64,000 nucleotides of DNA from Eledone cirrhosa. Its lineage: Eukaryota. The stretch is taken from positions 306,962,001 to 307,026,000 of the forward strand of contig OZ024741.1 in NCBI GenBank assembly GCA_964016885.1, given 5' to 3'. A program made the translations under genes and the position numbers. The notes under the pieces are model-generated. The model was given only the letters and a program-made list of their open reading frames with translations. It was not told the origin of the DNA and searched no databases. Position 1 is the first letter of the stretch. Each line of letters starts with the position of its first letter. Positions 54,905 through 64,000 of this stretch are shown in pieces.

Positions 54905-57900
54905 GAAATAATAATAATAATGAAATATTGTGTACAGTGCTCAGGTGCACTACAACTCATCAAAAAGTGTATGTATAGTACATAGGGTAATGTAGAAACG
55001 TCAGGAAAATGAATAGTGCATGAGTCATGATATACACGTGTGCATGTGTATGGAAGGGGGACATCAGGTGTAGTTTTGGCGTATTTCGGGAAGCATGAGG
55101 GTTTTAAAGGATGCAGTGTCTCGGCAACTAACAACTGATGCAGGCAGTTTGTTCCATGCTTCAGCAACTCTGAGCGTGAAAAAATGTTTACGAAAGTCAT
55201 GGGAGCTGTGCTGTTCTCTGACTTTGTAGGCATGTTAACGTGTGTTAGACACATGGAGATCAAAAAGGTGCTCAGGGTTGTTGTTGGCAAGATGGTTAAT
55301 AACTTTGTGGGTGTTTACTAAGTCCATTGCCAGACGTCGGAGCTTCAATGAATCCAATCTCAGGGAAGCAAGGCGTTCAGAGTATGGTAGGTGTCTGATG
55401 GAGGGTATGCGCTTGGTTGCACGTCTCTGAACAGTTTCCAGGAGGTCAATGTTCTGAGCAAGATAGGGGTTCCAGGCTGATGATGCGAATTCCAAGTGTG
55501 GTCGTACCATAGCTGTAAACAGCTTTAAATAGATGGCTGGAGAGCGGCTAACAAAGGTCTTGCTGAGTGCTGCCAAGACACCCTCGGCCTTCTTGACAAT
55601 CTTAGAGACATGCTTTGTCCAACGCAAATCGCTGCTGACAGTAATGCCCAGGTCACGTTCACAAGAGGACTTCTTGATATCAGTGTTGTGGAGAGAGTAT
55701 GTGGACGCTGGATTTTTCCTCCCAAAATGCATAGTGGTACACTTGTCCACAGCCAGCTTCAGTTGTCAGTCTGTGATCCATTGCTGCATTGTGTCCAGGT
55801 CTGATTGTAGGAAAGATTTGTAGATTTCAGGATCAGTCCTTTTGATTTCAAGGTACAGCTTGATGTCATCTGCATATTTCAGTACTGTGGCATTCTTTAT
55901 GTTGGCATCTATGTCATTAATATATGCCACAAACAAAAGGTACACCAGATGACATCTCATATGGTGAAGAATGCTGTCCTAGAACCGTGACTACCTCTTT
56001 TCGGCTGAGAATGAAAGATTTGAACCAGTTAAAAAGATCATCCCTCACACCCATTGCAGAGAGTTTTGCCATAAGTCTTTTGTATGGTACAGAATTAAAA
56101 GTCTTAGCAAAGTCAAGGTAAACAACATCCACCCATGAGCCGCTGTCAGTGATCCGGGTAATGTCTTCAAGGAACTCGATAAGCTGATCACAGCAGCTGG
56201 AGTTAGGGATAAATCCAAACTGCGAGGGCCGGATGAGGCTGTGAGAGCTCCAGAAGTCCCAAAGTGTTTCTCTGACACAGGATTCCATCAGTTTGGCAAT
56301 ACAGCTAGTAAGACTGACTGGACGATAGTTGACAGGTGACATGCGGTTGCCCTTTTTGAACAAGGGAATGACACTGGCAGTTTTCCACTGCTCCGGAGTA
56401 GCAGCATTGTTGAGACAGTATTGAAAGAAGAAAGAAAGCTGGTGCAAAAGGAAGTACCCGCCACGTTTGAGAAGCAGGTATGTAACACCATCAAGACCAG
56501 GGGAGGCATAGTTTCGCTTATTCTTAAGGTGACGTCGCAACATTGCAGGTGTAAATTCCATAGTTCTTATAGAATTTGACGTTAGAGATGGTGGAGATGG
56601 TACATTCTGGTTTACAACAGTAAAAATACTTGCATAGCACTCAGCAATGAGTTCTGCGCATTCTTTGGGATCGTCAGTGATCTGGCTTGTGTGGGGATTG
56701 CGAAGAGGACCAACTGGAGAGTGAGGTCTCTGCTTTGAAAGAACATATTTCCTGAACACCTTACTGTCAGGATTGGTTGCTATGCACTGTTCAAATTCAA
56801 GCACTGCCTTCTTTGTCACTTGCTTGAGATGGTTGGAAGATTTATTCTACTTTTTTCTGTTGGCATCTGATTTATGCAGTTTATATTCCCGTTCAGCGTT
56901 CCGACTTTCTTTCCTGGTAAGTCGGACCGCTGAAGTTTCCCAAATTGCACTTTTGGGGTGGTTTTTTTCTGCATACATGGCACCGATGCTGCACACACTA
57001 ACCATGTTGAGTCCAGGGTGCTCTGGAGTATAGTGTTCACATCTCCAGAGTTATAGAACTCATGCCAGTTTGGGCGCTGTTGCTCAGTGCAGTACAAGAT
57101 ACAATCTGCTTTCTTCCAATCAAAGCAAGCAGATTGGAGATGGTTCTGTTTTTGTTACTGCCCACAAGAACCAGATTGGCAATGATCATAGCATGATCAG
57201 AGTCGCCTAGAGGTTCCTCAGTAGTACAACTGATAACCACTTCAGGAGTAGTGGTGAAGATCAGGTCCAAAGTGTTGTCACCTCTTGTTGGAGAGGTGAC
57301 TACTTGTGACCAGTTTGAGTCCAGCACTAGCTCAAGGAAATCGTTTGCACTTTGTGGCCAACGAAAGGTTTCCCAATCGATCTCAGGATGATTGAAGTCA
57401 CCTGCAATAAACACATAAGTGGCTGTTTTCCTGACAGCAACTCTGAGGATATCGCAAAGCTGTGTGTCCTGATGGTAGTTTGGGGCGCGATAAACAACAC
57501 CAAGCAGAAGTGTTGACATGGTCATACGTACGTCACAAAAAAAAAACTTCTTCTTGTGATTCGTTCAAATCAACGCAAGGAATTACAAAAAAGTTTGAAC
57601 GAACGTAGACCATCACACCACCACCGCGGTGATTAATGTGGTCCTTGCGGAAAAGGTTGTACCCAGTAATGCTGAAAACCCCATCACAGAGTAAGGAATG
57701 TGCCCATGTTTCCGTGACTGTGATGAAGTCAGGGTCGATGCTTCTGACGTAGGAGTTAAACAGATGTATCTTGTTGCATAAACTGCGAGCATATAAGGAC
57801 AACAATGTGTACCCTGCTTGCAGTTGATTGATGGTGTGTAGAGGGTGGCAGGTTGTTCTGGTTTAGTTTCCCAGAGTTGTTGCATTTTTTCCATTGACAG

Positions 57901-58495
57901 TTATTGTGGGTAGAGCACACTCAGACCAGCTGATATCTCTCTTCCACGTTTCACCAGCCTTAACAAACCTCCAGATCTGACCATCATCACGCAGACTAAA
58001 ACTTTCATGTTGTGCTGAGTTCCGATTCAAGGAAGCTGCAGCACGTAGCTTTCGACGTACATGGGGTGGTAGGCCTGGGCATGTTGGGAAGGTAATCCGA
58101 TTTTCACGCGCAGCTTTAACAGAGGCCAGATGGTATGAGATTGCCTCAGCGGGGTCCGAAAAAGACAGGCTGATGAGTCTGGGATTGGGACCAGGTCGAC
58201 CAAGGCGGAGAGCACCCTTTGGGGGAACACAGCCTAGGTCTTTGGCTGAGCTGGCAGCAAATGCCTGAAGATCAGCCTTGTCCTCTGGTACCCCAATGGC
58301 AGTTACTTCATGGGAAGCAAATTCCGCAGTCTTCTCACTGTGCCCAGATACGGCAAGAGGTACAGGGAGATTCTTTAGCAAGGCATTCCGATAAGACCCC
58401 TCATTATGGGGTCCTACCCGAATGCGTGCTTTTATTCCTGTTACTTCTCTTCTTAAAGCAGAAATCATTAGTTGCAATTCTGCAAAATCTATACT
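54905..58495 (-). mobile_element. Near full-length CR1-group LINE: ORF1-like region (58477-57863), APE, RT and (ATT)n tail; degenerate
   Basis: TETW, YRAP, GDFN, LDL, SDH, NYRPVSL, DFAK.F, YADD and LEFAS.AWNP. Confidence 0.92.
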
Positions 58496-58499
58496 GGAT

Positions 58500-59141
58500 C
58501 AGACTACGTTGGTATGGCCATGTGATGTGCATGAAAGACGACAGCTGTATAAAAAAGTGCAGGGCAATCAAAATTGATGGTAGTTACGGAGTAGGTAGAC
58601 CAAGAAAAACCTGGGACGATCTGATAAATTTCGACCTTACACACTTGCACATCTCTAAGACAATGTCTCTGGACCGAGATCTTTGGCGCTACGCAGTAAT
58701 ACGGAAGACCCGCCTTGCCTATGTACAAAGCGAAACCTACAGCCAGTAGGCACCTCTTAACCAAATATACACCCCAATCCACTACCCTTACCCTATCCTC
58801 CCACTCCCACCAACACCACCCTCTCTCTATAAAGTTGGTACCACAACATCCAGTTCAAATAAATGAGATAATGAGATCGAGATCGTGTAGGTGTCACAAG
58901 AAAAAAACACACAGTCCACGCTGTAATGTGGCCATATAGGTAACACGGTAAAAAGTTCCCAGTTCCACACTGTAAATGTGGTTGGTGTTAGGAAGGGCAG
59001 CCAGCTGTAGAAAACCTGCCAGATAGTCCTATATGAGCGAGTCATGGTCACCCGACCAATCTTGCCTCAAGTGGGACAACTCCCGTCTAACCCATGCTAG
59101 CGTGAAAAATGGACATTAAACGAAGATGATGATGATGATGA
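58500..59141 (+). mobile_element. 5'-truncated RTE LINE 3' end
   Basis: RLRWYGHV..GRPRKTW, 3' UTR and (GAT)n. A further tail fragment lies at 59463-59575 (-). Confidence 0.92.
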
Positions 59142-59362
59142 TATACATATATATATGCATACATACATATATATACATATACATATATATATGTATACAT
59201 ACATCTATATATGCTTACATACATATACATATATATACATACATATACATATGTATACATACATGTATATATATATATATACATTTTTATACATACATAT
59301 ACATATATATACATACATATAGATATATATACATATATATATATACATACATATATATATAC

Positions 59363-59407
<45 letters not shown>

Positions 59408-59431
59408 CATATATATATGTATATATATATG

Positions 59432-59462
<31 letters not shown>

Positions 59463-59768
59463 CATCCTCATCTCATCATCTTCGTTTAACGTCCATTTTC
59501 TACGCTAGCATGGGTTAGACGGGAGCTGTCCCAATTTGAGTCAAGGTTGGTCGGGTGACTGTGTCTCGCTCATAAAGTAAGGAGCGAGATGCAGGAAGGT
59601 TCTAGAATAATTATTTAATAACAATACTAGAAGGATAGTTTTTAGGAAGGGTCCAACAGATTGAGACATATTAAAAACATGTAAAATAATAATTGAAAAT
59701 CAGAGAGGAAAACGGAGAATTTGAATTTTAGACTGGCATAACTAAGAGTTTAAAACACTGGCATATAT

Positions 59769-59885
<117 letters not shown>

Positions 59886-59910
59886 CATATATATATATAT
59901 ACATATATAC

Positions 59911-59997
<87 letters not shown>

Positions 59998-60002
<5 letters not shown>

Positions 60003-60850
60003 TTAAGGATACTATTTATGGTTGTGTATATACTAAAACCTTTTATAGTTATATATATTTTAAACCCTAAATAGTAAAAGACAGTAATTTATTACTACCT
60101 TATTACCAGTAAGATAAATAGCTCAATGTAACAACATCAGTAGTTCTACAGAGCAGTTATATAGAAAATACATGAATCAAAGTTCTGTTTAAACCATTTA
60201 TTTGCTTACAATTGTTTCTTCCAAACCGAGGTTTGGGGTCTTAGGAGCAATTTTTCAATGATTTTTTACATCCTTAACCTCCTTTCCAACACAAGAGACA
60301 TATAGAAACATATGTATATATTGATGCACAGTGGGTTGACATCCATTATAATAATATAGCATGGCAATATACATACAAAGATTAAAGACATATTAAAGGA
60401 CAAAATTAAAGTTAAAATACAACATTGGCAGTTTACGAAGATAAAGCAAGAGGATAGTTTGAAGTAGTTAGTGTATGCAATAGTTACACGTGGGGCATGC
60501 ACGTGTGTCTTATTTATATAAGATTATAGTGCGGCAGGGTGTTACACGTAATACAAGCAGTTTAATCAGGCAATCAAGAGTATTATGGGGGTTGTATTGG
60601 TAAAGTATTTTTATATATATATATGTATGGTATAGAAGCCTGTGTGTAGAGAGATATCAAAAATATTAAAAGTATTAAAAGTGAGAAGCAAAACAACGTC
60701 ACGGTCCTCGCATACACCACCATTTTCACAATCCAGGAAACACAATTTATAGATTATATGTCCCTTACACAATCCACGATGATTCAACAATGGATGCTTG
60801 AAGAACCATGTTATAACACTACCGCTTGTTGTTCTCTGAATCAATTATCT
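59998..60850 (-). mobile_element. Pseudo-LTR/3' UTR related to families at 6165 and 43455; degenerate HHR at 60202-60250
   Basis: Shares ATTGAGCTATTT.TCTTACTGGTAATAAGGTA with ~6940-6975. Core is CCUAAGA and helix III is ACAAUUGU. Confidence 0.75.
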
Positions 60851-60858
60851 AGAACAGG

Positions 60859-62397
60859 TTGTTTTTGTTGCGAAAATTGACATCATATTATTTTCCGGAA
60901 AATAACAACTCTATTAAAACCAATCTACCCTCACAATTCTTTCGATTAGTTAAAAAACACTTTCCAACATCACATAAATATAATAAAATCTTAAACCCTA
61001 ACACTATTCGACTTTCATATTCAACCGCCCCTAATATTGAACAACATATAAAAAAGCTTAACGCAAAACGGTTGTATAAACGCCTTCCAACACATAACAA
61101 TACACGTAAAACATCGGCTATAACATCACAAAACAACAAACAACATCCCGTCCTACCTAAGCAACCTCATTAACCCATCTATGCCAATACAACAACGCAA
61201 AATTATAACTGTAACTGTGTCCAACCAGGAATGTGTCCGTTGAACAATCAGTGTCTTGAACGCAACATCATATACAAATGTACTATCGAATCGGATAGCC
61301 AGAAGTGGTACTATGTGGGGTCTACAGCTACCTCCTTCAAATCTCGCCTTTATAGACATCGTTACCCAATAAAACATGAAAACCAGCGTTATGTAACAAC
61401 ACTCGCAGACAAGGCTTGGCAGCTACGCGAAAATAACCAACAATTTAACCTAAAATGGGATATAATAGTGTTTGCCCCTGCATTATCCCACGGACAGGAA
61501 TTTGGTAAATTGTGTAATATGGAATTATTTTGTATTATGAAATCAAAAAATATTTTATTAAATAACAGAATAGAGCGATCGTTATACTGTAACCATCGCT
61601 TGAAATCTACATTTTCATATTACAAACACTACCAGGATTGAACGCCTGTCTCCATCTCCGTTTGATTGTCAAAATACATATTAACATTCTCTATTAGTCT
61701 TAATTCTATCAACTCTTCTATTCTTTACCATTTAATATAAACTGCTATAGATAAAATGAGATTTCTTAATTCAATTCCCTAATGGATATACCAGCAGGCT
61801 ACCAGCATTGTTGTTATTCAGTAGCAGTGAAAATCTCCCTCTTCCTTAATTGACACTTTATATCTATTAATACTACTACACCAAACGACCAGCCCTGTCC
61901 ATTGTTCAATTGGTCAAGTATAGATTAAAATAGGCACTGCCAAAAATTCTTATTTAGACAAAATAAACCATATACTCATTGTATTCTCATTAGAAACCTT
62001 TTAGATACTAGTTTACCAGTAAATTGAATTGCCATCTGTCATATACTATCCCCTCTCCTCTTCCTTTCTTACAACTAATATAAATACTTCAGTTTTTCTG
62101 ATTTTTTCCAATGTATCCAATATCTCTAAAGAAGTGACAACTGATTATACATTTGCTATCGAATACTTGCTAACATTATATGATTACGCAAGCAGCGATA
62201 CATAGGTATTCCGTCTGTTACAGAAACATATGTAAATACCTAATAAATTCCTTTATAAAAGCACTTTCATTTTATATTCATCTTTTCTACATTTTCTCCG
62301 GAATATAATTTATACTCGTTGAGCAAACCTACGCGTACGCTGTTCATCTCTAACGTGACGATATATTATCACTACATTATTGATAACCTGAAATTTT
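60859..62397 (+). mobile_element. PLE 3' part (CxCx5C linker and GIY-YIG to 61641) with 3' UTR and a degenerate HHR at ~62120-62240
   Basis: IRLSYST, CNCVQPGMCPL, IIYK..YYVGST..FKSRL, KW, KLC and LNNRIE..CNH. GAAAC ATAT GTA is present but the 5' core reads CTAAAGA. Confidence 0.88.
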
Positions 62398-62398
62398 A

Positions 62399-64000
62399 TC
62401 TATATATATAAAAATGAATGTATGTTTGTTTGTTTGTCCAAAGATATAAACGGAGAAAGAGAAATCAACGTATATTCAAACAGAGAGTGAAAGAGCGAGT
62501 AGTCTGGCTGCTTTGAACCACTCCCTATATTAGACTGTCTCTAAAGTTATAAACGGAGAAAGAGAAATCAACGTATAGACAAAGTGAGAGTGAAAGAGCA
62601 ACGAGTGAAAGAGCGAGTAGTCTGGCTGCTTTGAACCACTCCCTATATTAGACTGTCTCTAAAGTTATAAACGGAGAAAGAGAAATCAACGTATAGACAA
62701 AGAGAGAGTGAAAGAGCGAGTGTGAAACTTTTTTAATTAAAGATAATTTCAATAGAATTAGTATTCTCTCTTTAATTTAATATAATTTCAATAGAATTAG
62801 TAAATTCTCTCTTTAATTTAATATAATTTCAATAGAATTAGTATAGTGTCTGTTTCACATTACTTCCCTTCCACTCCCATTACAGGGAATTCTTTTTCAG
62901 CTAGCCCTTAACTAAGTGCTGTAATTTGATATCTTCATTTCATCTGTCCTTATTTTCCTGACCTGGACACATACGTGGACCGACATCATTCCAAGAATTG
63001 AGAACAGTAAACTGTCAAGTATGTGCCACTTATCGTGAAGCTTGCCAAGAATTAAATCTTCTTGAAAATGATGGACATTGGGACACTTCACTCGCTGATG
63101 CATCGAATACTGCTCGACCAAAGCAAATACGCACATTATTCTCAATAATATTGACAACGTGCTTCCCATCAAATCCAAAAGATCTTTGGGAAAAATATAA
63201 AGACTACATGAGTGAAGACATCCTACATCGTTTGCGTGCAACAAATCAAAATATGAATATTCAATTCACACAAAATGTGTATAATGAAGCATTGGTTTCC
63301 ATTGAGGTCATATGTTTAGCAATCGCTAACAAAACATTGGTACAATAGGGAATGCCTGCGCCGAATCGATCTGTAAACGACATTTTCGATCGTGATTTGC
63401 AACGAGAAACAAACTTTGATGTCGCCGAATTGGGTACATTTGTTCAAACGAATCTTCCCAAATTGCTACCAGAACAACGCATAGTATATGACCAAATTAT
63501 GCAGGCAATTATAAGTCAAAGCGGCGGATTGTATTTTATAGATGCGCCCGGTGGTACAGGCAAAACTTTTCTCATTTCACTTATTTTGGCAACTATACGA
63601 TCAGAAAATAATATTGCACTGGCAATCGCATCATCTGGAATTGCGGAAACTCTTTTAGATGGTGGCCGAACAGCACATTCAGCCCTGAAATTGCCATTGA
63701 ATATGCAAATCGCTGAGACATCAACATGCAATATTACCAAAAATTCTGGTATAGGTAAAGTACTCCAATCATGTAAAATCATTATATGGGACGAATGTAC
63801 TATGGCGCACAAAAAATCATTGGAAGCGCTTAATAATACGCTAAAAGATTTGAAAGGAAATGAACAGCTCTTCGGTGGCACACTCATTTTATTGTCTGGT
63901 GATTTTCGACAAACTCTACCAGTTATACCGCGATCAACACCCGCTGATGAGCTTAATGCATGTCTCAAATCATCAGTTTTATGGCGACACGTACAGAAAT
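62399..64000 (+). mobile_element. Helitron: 5' TC end, internal minisatellites (62440-62845) and PIF1 helicase remnants from ~62975
   Basis: TCTATATATATAAAAATG start, TYREACQEL, DAPGGTGKTF, GGRTAHS, IWDEC and GDFRQTLPV. Confidence 0.92.

Overview
This window is AT-rich eukaryotic repeat DNA. No host-gene exon is recognisable. The (TA)n arrays, RTE LINEs with (GAT)n tails and tRNA-headed SINEs suggest a cephalopod, probably octopus (inference). Nearly all non-microsatellite sequence is transposon-derived: Penelope-like elements (PLEs; RT plus C-terminal GIY-YIG), RTE and CR1-type LINEs, Helitrons (PIF1 helicase), SINEs, and a 97-bp satellite apparently built from an RTE 3' UTR. The main signal is a dense RNA layer of about 30 hand-identified minimal type-I hammerhead ribozyme (HHR) motifs in roughly 14 sequence families, mostly in (TA)n-embedded, often fold-back PLE pseudo-LTRs. 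Two related ORF-less 430-466 bp tandem families carry one HHR per unit, with covarying stems, plus a conserved upstream octamer (ATGCAAAT). They look like a retrozyme or newt-satellite-2-like circRNA system. Two non-canonical HHR cores recur: U4C, and compensatory U3:A8. All structures were paired by eye and coordinates are approximate to a few bases. The many Ile/Tyr-rich ORFs are (TA)n artefacts.
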